Shown here: in pieces, positions 45,889 through 53,636 of the stretch
Layout: every line of letters starts with the position of its first letter
Numbering within the stretch: the stretch's first letter is position 1
Source of the DNA: Halobacteriovoraceae bacterium
GTDB lineage: Bacteria; Bdellovibrionota; Bacteriovoracia; Bacteriovoracales; Bacteriovoracaceae
Length of the DNA: 64,000 nt
Direction: 5' to 3'
Assembly (NCBI GenBank): GCA_963719505.1
Contig: CAVRCF010000005.1
Location: 1,022,369-1,086,368 of the forward strand
Translations under genes and position numbers: made by a program
Notes under the pieces: generated by a model
Database searches by the model: none
Told to the model about the DNA's origin: nothing
The model's input: the letters and a program-made list of their open reading frames with translations, nothing else

Positions 45889-47482
45889 AATTATCTAACC
45901 TTGAATCTCTCTTGTCTCCATAACTAAAGATTCGCGCCATCCCTCCCTTCATATGGTAGAGAACGTGGCAGTGAAAAAACCAATCTCCCGCTTCATTTGC
46001 TGGAAATTCAATAGTTACTGACTTCATAGGTTCAACGTCTACAGTATGCTTAAGAGGAGAATATTCTCCATTTTTATTTAACACTCTGAAAAAATGTCCG
46101 TGCAGATGCATCGGATGGTGCATCATCGTTTTATTATTTAACACAATTCGAATTACTTCACCTCGTCTAATCTTAATCTTATCGACTTCTGATAAAGTTT
46201 TCCCGTTTAAACTCCAGACATAGCGCCACATATTTCCCGTAAGATTTAATTTAATATTTCTGACATTATTATCAGAGAGGTTTGTTTTGACAGGAGACTT
46301 TAAAATATCATAACTAAATTCTGCCTTATTAGAGTTCATCTTCTCATCCACTTCCATGTCATCACTTTTCATATTATGATCCATCATTTTATGTGATGAG
46401 TGGTCCATCTTTTTCATATTAGACATTGAGTGATCCATTTCCATACCAGAACTCATATCCATGTTGTGATTCATGCCACCTGAGTTTTTCGTTCTCTCAA
46501 TATAATCAGGAGCTTTTACGACCATCGCTTTATGGACTTTACCACGGCCAAGTATTGCAGTGGTAAAACCCGAACCATCTTGAGCCGAAGCCCTAAATTC
46601 AATACTTCCGGCGCTAGGAATTGTAACAATATAATCATAAGTCTCGGCAATTGCATGGAGTACTTTTGATGTCTTAACTGGAACAACATCGACACCATCA
46701 GAGGAAACCAACTTTGCATTAGCATCTCCAATTGTCGTCCAGAAATAAGTTGAAGCTGCTGCATTTATAACTCTAACTCGAACTCTTTCACCGGCTTTTA
46801 ATTCGGGGTACTGAATCCTCTTTTTACCATTAATTAAAAATGCATCATAATAAACATCAGAAATATCTATTCCCGGCATTCTCATTTTCCAAAGCCCTAA
46901 AAGACCGCCTAAGGCTCCATTTGAGATTGCATCAGCGATACTAACAGCCGTTTTCTTTTTTATGCTGTACCAATCACTCCCTCTTTTTAGAGTTCGCAAA
47001 ACCTCATTTGGATTTTCATCTGTCCAATCAGATAGTACAAGCACAAGATCTCTATCATATTTTAACTTTTGATTTTTAGGTTTAATAACAATTGAGCCAT
47101 AAACGCCTTGTTGCTCCTGTAAACCTGTATGCGAGTGATACCAATATGTCCCCGAATGTGATATTGGAAAACGGTATGAAAACGTCTCACCGGGCCTAAT
47201 AGGTGGTGTTGTTAAGTAAGGCACGCCGTCTTGAAAGTTAGGTAAAATGAGCCCATGCCAATGAATAGAGGTCTCAACATCCATATTATTAGTGACATTA
47301 ATCTCAGCAGTGTCCCCCTCTGTGAATGTTAATACCGGTCCCGGAATAGAATCATTTATGGCCATTCCCACTCTTTCTTTACCAGAGAATGAAACATTTT
47401 TTTCATCTATTGTAAGATCATAGCTTTTTGCAAAACTAGAAAGGCTTATAAGAATTGAAAGCATAAGAATGAGTAACTTCAC
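45857..47482 (-). CDS. Multicopper oxidase (second copy, CopA/PcoA type)
   Basis: GTG 47482 after GGAG gives signal peptide VKLLILMLSILISLSSFA. Motifs IHWHG, WYHSH, HPMHLHGH and HCHVLYHMKGGM. Met/His-rich insert MNHNMDMSSGMEMDHSMSNMKKMDHSSHKMMDH. Confidence 0.85.
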   Translation of the reverse strand: MKLLILMLSILISLSSFAKSYDLTIDEKNVSFSGKERVGMAINDSIPGPVLTFTEGDTAEINVTNNMDVETSIHWHGLILPNFQDGVPYLTTPPIRPGETFSYRFPISHSGTYWYHSHTGLQEQQGVYGSIVIKPKNQKLKYDRDLVLVLSDWTDENPNEVLRTLKRGSDWYSIKKKTAVSIADAISNGALGGLLGLWKMRMPGIDISDVYYDAFLINGKKRIQYPELKAGERVRVRVINAAASTYFWTTIGDANAKLVSSDGVDVVPVKTSKVLHAIAETYDYIVTIPSAGSIEFRASAQDGSGFTTAILGRGKVHKAMVVKAPDYIERTKNSGGMNHNMDMSSGMEMDHSMSNMKKMDHSSHKMMDHNMKSDDMEVDEKMNSNKAEFSYDILKSPVKTNLSDNNVRNIKLNLTGNMWRYVWSLNGKTLSEVDKIKIRRGEVIRIVLNNKTMMHHPMHLHGHFFRVLNKNGEYSPLKHTVDVEPMKSVTIEFPANEAGDWFFHCHVLYHMKGGMARIFSYGDKRDSRLDNFALIKCFRHG

Positions 47483-47484
47483 AT

Positions 47485-47587
47485 TTTTCTCCAAATTGTA
47501 TTTTTGAATTAGAATCTTTTGAGACTCTTTTATCCAATTATTAATCACTTTAATTTCGGCTACCGTTAATTTATAGTCCAAGTGCAT
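47485..47587 (-). pseudogene. Remnant of the 3' end of a Haem_bd-like gene, read through into the MCO frame
   Basis: HLDYKLTVAEIKVINNWIKESQKILIQ parallels HWDSGLTENEIFEVNKWIKDSKLILRQ at the C-terminus of the 42795-43325 protein. Nothing homologous lies upstream. Confidence 0.4.
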
Positions 47588-47770
47588 CTGTCTATAATTG
47601 CTCTATTAGTAAGGTGTAATATAAGATTGCACATTACGTAATATAAAACAAAAAGACTTACCATCAATATAAGAAACCAGCTCCTATATTGAATCACCCT
47701 AATGGCTAGACAAAACTGATTTCTCCGGACTTAAAACTTATTTAAAGCCTGCGTTCTACAAACAATTCTT

Positions 47771-48241
47771 TTAATATTTTTCAAATATTTTTGTGTGTCC
47801 TGTACTATCAAAAGAATAAACATTGAACTTCTCTTTATGTTTTCCATACTCCATTCCGGGACTTCCCATGGGCATATCAGGAACAACTAAACCTTTTTTA
47901 CGATTTACATCTTCAAGAAATTTTTTGATGCTAGCGGCAGGAACATGTCCTTCAAAAACAAATTTCCCCATAACAGCGGTGTGGCAACTTCTTTTATCTT
48001 GCGGAACACCTAAGGAGTCCTTCATTTCTGATAAGTTATCAATTGGTTTTTCTGTTAGTTTGAATCCATTATCCCTCATATGCTCAACCCACTTAGTGCA
48101 ACATCCACAACTAGGATTTTTATAAACAATCATTTCTTGCTCTAAGTATGAAGTTTCAGTTGTTGTTTTTGAAGTAGGAGCATCATTTGTGCAAGACACT
48201 CCAACAAACAATAAAAAGACTAAAATTAAATTTTTTCTCAT
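47771..48241 (-). CDS. copG: DUF411/CopG-like periplasmic metal-binding protein
   Basis: Start ATG 48241 after AGGGAG. Lipoprotein-like signal LFVGVSC. CGCC motif (PSCGCCTKW), RSCHTAV, PDMPMGSPGME. Confidence 0.75.
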   Translation of the reverse strand: MRKNLILVFLLFVGVSCTNDAPTSKTTTETSYLEQEMIVYKNPSCGCCTKWVEHMRDNGFKLTEKPIDNLSEMKDSLGVPQDKRSCHTAVMGKFVFEGHVPAASIKKFLEDVNRKKGLVVPDMPMGSPGMEYGKHKEKFNVYSFDSTGHTKIFEKY

Positions 48242-48378
48242 ACCAACTCCCTGTTTGAAAAATCTTTTGTAATATTTATAATCTGAAAGCATTTCAATTT
48301 TGGATAATTTCCCACTCTCTCATCAATAAGGTTATTGACTATTTGTTGTAAATTAATTAAATTGTATTCATAGGCACC

Positions 48379-48395
48379 ATACCCCCCACTGGTAT
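48379..48395. promoter_or_regulatory. CsoR-type operator candidate, box 8
   Basis: ATACCCCCCACTGGTAT lies between divergent copG-like (start 48241) and YceI-like (start 48614) genes. Confidence 0.55.
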
Positions 48396-48562
48396 ACGAT
48401 GTATATGACTTTTATCAATTTTAAGAAGTAAGAGTTGTAATCGATATCTACGCATTGCTAAATGCCCAAAAGTAATTTAATCTACAAATGTGAAAGATGA
48501 AAGATCATATAGAACATTTAAGAACAAACATCCTGACAAAGCAGAGCTGTTTAATATTAATT

Positions 48563-48577
48563 TGGCATACAACTCGC
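48563..48577 (+). promoter_or_regulatory. Sigma-54-like promoter candidate upstream of the YceI-like gene
   Basis: TGGCAT-ACAAC-TCGC with correct GG-N10-GC spacing, 37 nt upstream of ATG 48614. Confidence 0.35.
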
Positions 48578-48613
48578 GGTGATGATAATCTCAGGCTATT
48601 CAAAGGAGACAAA

Positions 48614-49111
48614 ATGAAGTTACTCATTATATTCACACTTTTATTACAAGCTAATATCAGTTTCGCACTTAATAAGTCTATATCTATAGATGTAGAGCTA
48701 TCCCCTGCCGGCTCTTTTAAAATAAAGTCTAATCGAATTAAAGGAAAAGTTTATCTAAAAGATGGAAGCCTTGAAGCTAATGATATAAAAATATTAGTTA
48801 AAAACCTTAAAACAGGTATAGACCTTAGAGATGAGCATTTAAAGAAAAAGCTTGGGATTGAAAATGATCCTAAAGCGGCTCTAAATTTGATCTCTGCGCA
48901 AGGAAAAAATGGAACTGGAAAAGGTATTTTTAAAGTCCTAGGAAAAACTCAACAGTCAACATTCACTTACAAAAAAGTTGGAAACTCCGAGATAGCCGCT
49001 TCTTTCACGCTAAGTCTCAAGGAATTTGGAATTGATGGTGTTAGTTATATGGGTATAGGAGTCCAGGACATAGTTACAATAAATATAACCTTACCATATA
49101 TAGAAAAGTAA
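48614..49111 (+). CDS. YceI-like periplasmic protein
   Basis: ATG 48614 after AAAGGAG. Signal peptide. TGIDLRDEHLKKKL resembles the YceI motif (T....RD.HL). Confidence 0.55.
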   Translation: MKLLIIFTLLLQANISFALNKSISIDVELSPAGSFKIKSNRIKGKVYLKDGSLEANDIKILVKNLKTGIDLRDEHLKKKLGIENDPKAALNLISAQGKNGTGKGIFKVLGKTQQSTFTYKKVGNSEIAASFTLSLKEFGIDGVSYMGIGVQDIVTINITLPYIEK

Positions 49112-49201
49112 TATTTTTCATTTCAAAGAAAGCATTTATCCTCCGTTAAGAGGTAGACGCCAAGAGTGAGGTCGCGAAAAAGAGTTAGTATTCTTATAAT
49201 G

Positions 49202-50764
49202 CTATATTTCTTTAGAGTTATTAGAGAGACACTGAATAGGTGAATTTTTCTTAATATAATCCTCCATAATGTCCCAATAAAAGATCCCAGTATGATGAAA
49301 GTATGGCAGCTTGTTCTTTAGCTTTCTAGGAACTAAAGATCTTAAAGTATGTGCAACTTCCAAAGGCATTGATAATGAATATAATTTATTTCGCTTTACC
49401 TTTTTATTACCAACTCTAAGTTTCCAAATTAAAGTTCTTCCTCCAATAATTGGAACTCTACGAGGTACTACCCACCTCTTAAAGCTAATGCCATCAAGAT
49501 TGAGTCCAGCTGTCATGGAACTGTTTTGGAGTACGATCATAAGCAACTTTAAATACTTACCGTGAATTGAAAACTTAGTTATCTCCCATCCATTATCTTC
49601 ATATTTACCTAAGTGAGGAAAGTTATCAATCATATCAATAAATCGAATTGGCCCTGCAGGAATAAAATCTCCCTCAAAATTTGCCAAATGAAGTCCTACA
49701 TCAGAGTCAAGAGCTTCTTTTTGCATCCTTGCCATATGTTTTCCCCAACATGATGGTCGCAGCACCAGAACACCATTTTGAAAGCCCGAAAGATCAATTT
49801 TACTGTATCCTATCACTTGCTCAAGATTACGATCAAAGTATTTTGATAAGTTATTATATGCTTTTTGTACAAATAACTTAATTCCTACATCTTCAGTTGT
49901 ATCCTCTTCTATTGGAATTAAATTATATTTTAAAACTTTAACTGGCTTGCCCCTGACAACATCAATTAAAAGAGAGCCAACATATCGTGAGTTTGATCCA
50001 GCTTGCACTATGGGAATTGGTTGGTTCATTTTATTAAAAATTATTTTTTCTTCGTTTAAAGCAGTATGACTATGTCCACCAATAATAAGATCAATGTTCT
50101 TTGATTTTGCAGCTAATTTTTTATCTTCACTTAAACCTATATGTGTTAATGCAATGACTAAGTCTTTGCCTTCACTTTTGGCCTTGTCTGCCTGATCATT
50201 ACCAACTTTTAAATATGGTGCAATATGTCCAGGTTTTATAGGATATTGAAAATGGGGAGCAGAAGTTGTTAGTCCTATTACCCTTATGGAAATCTTATTC
50301 TTAGTTGTATCAAAAAAAGGTTTTACAGTATCACCAATATTCATTTCAGGTGTTGCATGCAAGTTTGCTGATATAATTTGGGTCGATATATTGGCACGAT
50401 TTATTTGTGAACTAAGTACATCTCCCCCTAACATATAATCATGATTTCCAAGGACACTAACCTCAACACCAAGTTTTTCTAATGCTTTAAAAGAATCGAC
50501 TCCTTCATTTGATAAGAAAAATGATGTCCCCTCTCCAAAGTCTCCTGCATCAACTTGCAAAACTTCAATATTATTATTTTTTGCTTCTTCGTGAATAGTA
50601 TTAATTATCGACTTTACTTTTGCATACCCTCCGCTACCAACACGAGGTCCCTTAAAGTAAGAGTGTAAGTCGTTTGTATGGATAATTTGTAATAATTTGC
50701 AATGTCCGACTGTGGGATAGCAAAAGAAAAATAATAAAAAAATGATATACTTCAATTTTTCCAC
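49202..50764 (-). CDS. Secreted metallophosphoesterase / 5'-nucleotidase (UshA-like)
   Basis: HTNDLHS, DAGDFGEGT, GNHDY, GGHSHT, plus a C-terminal nucleotidase-like domain. Confidence 0.8.
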   Translation of the reverse strand: MEKLKYIIFLLFFFCYPTVGHCKLLQIIHTNDLHSYFKGPRVGSGGYAKVKSIINTIHEEAKNNNIEVLQVDAGDFGEGTSFFLSNEGVDSFKALEKLGVEVSVLGNHDYMLGGDVLSSQINRANISTQIISANLHATPEMNIGDTVKPFFDTTKNKISIRVIGLTTSAPHFQYPIKPGHIAPYLKVGNDQADKAKSEGKDLVIALTHIGLSEDKKLAAKSKNIDLIIGGHSHTALNEEKIIFNKMNQPIPIVQAGSNSRYVGSLLIDVVRGKPVKVLKYNLIPIEEDTTEDVGIKLFVQKAYNNLSKYFDRNLEQVIGYSKIDLSGFQNGVLVLRPSCWGKHMARMQKEALDSDVGLHLANFEGDFIPAGPIRFIDMIDNFPHLGKYEDNGWEITKFSIHGKYLKLLMIVLQNSSMTAGLNLDGISFKRWVVPRRVPIIGGRTLIWKLRVGNKKVKRNKLYSLSMPLEVAHTLRSLVPRKLKNKLPYFHHTGIFYWDIMEDYIKKNSPIQCLSNNSKEI

Positions 50765-51007
50765 CTTTTGTTCTACTAGCTAAGAAACTCCATACATGCT
50801 TGTTGGTAACACAAGAATACCTCACCTTGGGTACAGTTATAAAGATGGAAAATAAGTCGATATACTTTTGAATTAAACAATTATTAAGAAAATTTTACGG
50901 ACTGTAGTCCAAAAATATCTTGAGAATGTACCCTTTGCCACAAAGCAGCCACATAAAACCAAGGCAAGATAGATGATATCAACTACTTAGATATTATAAG
51001 CGTAATT

Positions 51008-51470
51008 GACAATTTGGCAGTCAGAACAATGACTCCTGCTCCGATCATTACACCAGTCTCCATTGAGACGGTACCAAGCAAAGAAATATTACTCTTTTGA
51101 ATCCGACTTGTCTAAAACAGGCTCCTCAGTAAAAAAGATATAAACTTCAATAATATTTTTTACTACTGAGGTACACCATGGGGATATAATTCTCATCTTT
51201 AGAAAGTCTCTAGTTACTTTTTAACATTTTATTATTTTGCCTTTAATCCAATTTAGAGAATTACTCTATTAATTGAAGTTTTAGTTTTTTATTTTTCAAG
51301 GTTTTTCCATTAGCCAATCAAGTCTTCTTCTTCTTTGGCTTCCTATTATTTTTAGGATGAAACTGAGTTCCAAAATTCGGACTACGTCAAACTCCATTGA
51401 TTTTGAAATTTTCCCATCATTTGCAAAAAAATTAATTTTATCTGTGGGCACCTATGTTTTTGAGGGATTC
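51008..51470 (-). pseudogene. Decayed duplicate of the permease-5'-end / CsoR-box / peptidase-C26-3'-end junction (copy of about 34955-35410)
   Basis: By-eye alignment finds shared runs such as ATCATTACACCAGT, CCAAGCAAAGAAATATTACT, AGGCTCCTCA, a degenerate box GTACACCATGGGGATAT (51171-51187), CTTCTTCTTTG and GGATGAAACTG. The permease fragment SNISLLGTVSMETGVMIGAGV lacks a start and ends after ~35 codons. Confidence 0.6.
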
Positions 51471-51603
51471 AACCCAACAAAACATATCGATTTGATCCTT
51501 GTTGTTACAGCGAGGTTTTATAATTATGTCGACGCAACCTTTGCCTTTTCACGTGGAAACTGACTACTTCGTAACTAAGATTTTTTCAATTATTATAATT
51601 ATG

Positions 51604-52542
51604 TTAATGAACACAAGTCCTTTCTTCAATAATTAGATGTTCTATGTCAAACTTACTTAATATAATATCTCTATAATATTCACTCCCCTTTAGTGAGTTA
51701 TTATAAATGACAACCTCACAGGCATGGGCACTCGGAGCAATTCTCCATATATGTAAATCTGTTACCTCTACCTCCTTATCTTCTGTAAAAAGTGATTTAA
51801 TCGCATCAGCATCTATTAACTTTGAATTTCCATCAAGTAGCTCCCATACAGTAGCCTTACAAAGACCGTAGGCCCATTTCAATATAACGAGAGAACCGAC
51901 GATTCCCATAACTGGATCTGCCCAAGTCCAACCGTAATACTTACCAAGGACTAAAGCTACAATTGCTAAGACAGAGGTAAATGCATCAGCAATAACATGA
52001 ACAAGAGCACTTTTATGATTATGATCATGCACATGATCGTCATGGTGATGATGTTTGTGACTATGGTCATGCCCATGATGATGATCGTGATCTCCAGATA
52101 ACAATAATGCACTTACAAGGTTTACAATAAGCCCAAGAATTGAAACTCCAATCGCTGTTGTAAAATTTATTTGTTCAGGGTTCAGAAAACGATGAAAGGA
52201 TTCAACTCCCATGAATATTGCAACTAATCCAAGCATTAATGCACTTGTATAACCTCCTAACGGAATGAACTTACCTGCTCCAAAAGTAAATTTTGAATTA
52301 AGCTTTTCTGATCTTGCTAGTTTATATGCAATAACTGAAATACCTAAAGCTCCAACGTGGCTGGCCATATGCCAACCATCAGCGAGTAAAGCCATTGATC
52401 CAGTAATATAACCAAAATAAACTTCTACTATCATTGTTACAAAAGTCAGTAAGACCACAAAAATGGTTCTTTTTTCATTGGAACCAATTTTATCATCTTG
52501 GATTACATAATCATGTGTATGAGTGTGTGATGCGTGTGACAT
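51604..52542 (-). CDS. Cation diffusion facilitator (CzcD/DmeF-like divalent metal efflux)
   Basis: Six TM helices. ADGWHMASH and HVIADAFTS metal-site motifs. His-rich loop DHDHHHGHDHSHKHHHHDDHVHDHNHK. C-terminal cytoplasmic domain. Confidence 0.88.
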   Translation of the reverse strand: MSHASHTHTHDYVIQDDKIGSNEKRTIFVVLLTFVTMIVEVYFGYITGSMALLADGWHMASHVGALGISVIAYKLARSEKLNSKFTFGAGKFIPLGGYTSALMLGLVAIFMGVESFHRFLNPEQINFTTAIGVSILGLIVNLVSALLLSGDHDHHHGHDHSHKHHHHDDHVHDHNHKSALVHVIADAFTSVLAIVALVLGKYYGWTWADPVMGIVGSLVILKWAYGLCKATVWELLDGNSKLIDADAIKSLFTEDKEVEVTDLHIWRIAPSAHACEVVIYNNSLKGSEYYRDIILSKFDIEHLIIEERTCVH

Positions 52543-52550
52543 ATTTCTTC

Positions 52551-52829
52551 CTATTTCCAGTAAGTTTTTAATAATTTTATAAGTTCTAGTGAAGATTTAT
52601 CCTTAGCTGACTTTGGATTCGTTTTATTTGTCATAACATGCTCTTTAATATGATCTTCCACAAGAGACCCCATTAATCCATTTAAACCACCTCGACATGC
52701 ACTAAGCGTTTGTAAGACCTCAAAACAATCCTTACCCTCTACAAGTCCTCTTTCTACTGCTTCAAGCTGTCCTTTAATTCTCTTAATTCGTGAAATGATC
52801 TTTTTGTTATCTTCAGCTAAATGCCCCAT
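52551..52829 (-). CDS. rcnR: RcnR/DmeR-like Ni/Co-type CsoR-family repressor
   Basis: 92 aa. The residues line up exactly as His3, Cys35, His60, His64 (MGH.., KDCFEV, EDHIKEH), which is the RcnR fingerprint. Confidence 0.8.
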   Translation of the reverse strand: MGHLAEDNKKIISRIKRIKGQLEAVERGLVEGKDCFEVLQTLSACRGGLNGLMGSLVEDHIKEHVMTNKTNPKSAKDKSSLELIKLLKTYWK

Positions 52830-52854
52830 AGGAATCCTTTGACTTACAATACTA

Positions 52855-52869
52855 TACTATACCCCAGTA
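52855..52869 (-). promoter_or_regulatory. RcnR-type operator candidate
   Basis: The minus strand reads TACTGGGGTATAGTA (TACT-G4-TAT-AGTA; compare E. coli RcnR TACT-G6-N-AGTA). It lies 26-40 bp upstream of the rcnR-like start. Confidence 0.5.
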
Positions 52870-52880
52870 TATTATATTTA

Positions 52881-52924
52881 TTAAAGATCAAAGTAAAGTA
52901 TGCTCCCTTAGCATTGATCTTTAA
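52881..52924. repeat. Inverted repeat: 11-bp perfect arms with a 22-nt loop
   Basis: TTAAAGATCAA ... TTGATCTTTAA, between the rcnR promoter region and the conjugation module. Confidence 0.3.
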
Positions 52925-53056
52925 TCAACACTCAATTGCCTTTAAATCAATCTCAATATTAACGCCCTCAATTAAGTAATTAATTTCATTCGCAAGATTC
53001 AAACTCAAAAGTTGGCATCATTCTTGACTTACAAATGCTAAACACAAGGAGTGAAC

Positions 53057-53140
53057 ATGAATCAATATTTTTCAATTGCAGGAAACAAAATTCCAATCGA
53101 ATTCAAAAATCTTTACGAAGAAGTCTCACGAGACTTTTGA
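53057..53140 (+). CDS. Small ORF, 27 aa
   Basis: AAGGAG 7 nt upstream of the ATG. MNQYFSIAGNKIPIEFKNLYEEVSRDF. Below the track cutoff. Confidence 0.3.
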   Translation: MNQYFSIAGNKIPIEFKNLYEEVSRDF

Positions 53141-53184
53141 GAGAAAAGTTATGGGTGCAATAAAAACTAAAAAGGAGAACAAGA

Positions 53185-53298
53185 ATGAAAAGAATAAAAA
53201 GATTTCTAAAGAATCTTCTCATCCACGAAGACTACATTAAACGTCTTGAGAGAGAACAACTAGAAATAATAAAAAACTCTTACCCAAAATTCCTATAG
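53185..53298 (+). CDS. Small ORF, 37 aa
   Basis: AAGGAG 7 nt upstream. MKRIKRFLKNLLIHEDYIKRLEREQLEIIKNSYPKFL. Confidence 0.3.
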   Translation: MKRIKRFLKNLLIHEDYIKRLEREQLEIIKNSYPKFL

Positions 53299-53309
53299 GA
53301 GGAAATGAC

Positions 53310-53480
53310 ATGGAAAAAAGATACTCAAAACTAAAAGAAGAAGTCATGGATCTATTTGGGACTATTAGTATCGAAGAGATCGTATGTAATAGGCCTTTAT
53401 CTAAACTCATGAAAGAGATTGCTCTCTCGCTAGATAATATTTCTATCATAGAGCGATATAACACAAGGGAGAACATTTAA
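53310..53480 (+). CDS. Small ORF, 56 aa
   Basis: GGAGG 7 nt upstream. MEKRYSKLKEEVMDLFGTISIEEIVCNRPLSKLMKEIALSLDNISIIERYNTRENI. Confidence 0.35.
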   Translation: MEKRYSKLKEEVMDLFGTISIEEIVCNRPLSKLMKEIALSLDNISIIERYNTRENI

Positions 53481-53626
53481 TGAAAAACTTAAATCCTGAG
53501 AACATAAGAATTAAGATTGAACTTTTAGAGAAGCTTATATCTAAAAAAGAACTTAGACGAATTTCAATATCAAAAAGACTTATTCGAATTAGAAAGCAAC
53601 TCAATTGCCTTATGGCATTCAACTAA
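53480..53626 (+). CDS. Small basic ORF, 48 aa
   Basis: TAATG overlap with the previous sORF. MKNLNPENIRIKIELLEKLISKKELRRISISKRLIRIRKQLNCLMAFN. Confidence 0.35.
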   Translation: MKNLNPENIRIKIELLEKLISKKELRRISISKRLIRIRKQLNCLMAFN

Positions 53627-53636
53627 CGGAGAATTT

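Noticed and set aside
50899-50910. Palindrome GGACTGTAGTCC resembling the core of the mer operator (GGACTATAGTCC)
   Set aside because: No -35/-10 pair with a 19-20 bp spacer could be fitted around it on either strand. 12-bp palindromes are expected several times by chance in 64 kb. The near-match to the mer core is only marginally unexpected.
51357-51563. Track ORF (68 aa, plus strand)
   Set aside because: It lies antisense within the decayed peptidase C26 relic, with no RBS or motifs.
53013-53027. TGGCAT-CATTC-TTGA upstream of the first transfer-side sORF as a possible sigma-54 promoter
   Set aside because: The near-invariant -12 GC is GA here. The same sequence can equally be read as a sigma-70 -35 (TTGACT), so it was not called.
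53237-53476. Track ORF (79 aa, minus strand)
   Set aside because: It is antisense to three SD-preceded small ORFs that are co-oriented with the T4SS operon. Its translation is low-complexity.
52930-53611. 13-bp direct repeat ACTCAATTGCCTT at 52930-52942 and 53599-53611, considered as possible att or border repeats
   Set aside because: A 13-bp exact match is expected many times by chance within 64 kb. The second copy lies inside a small ORF.
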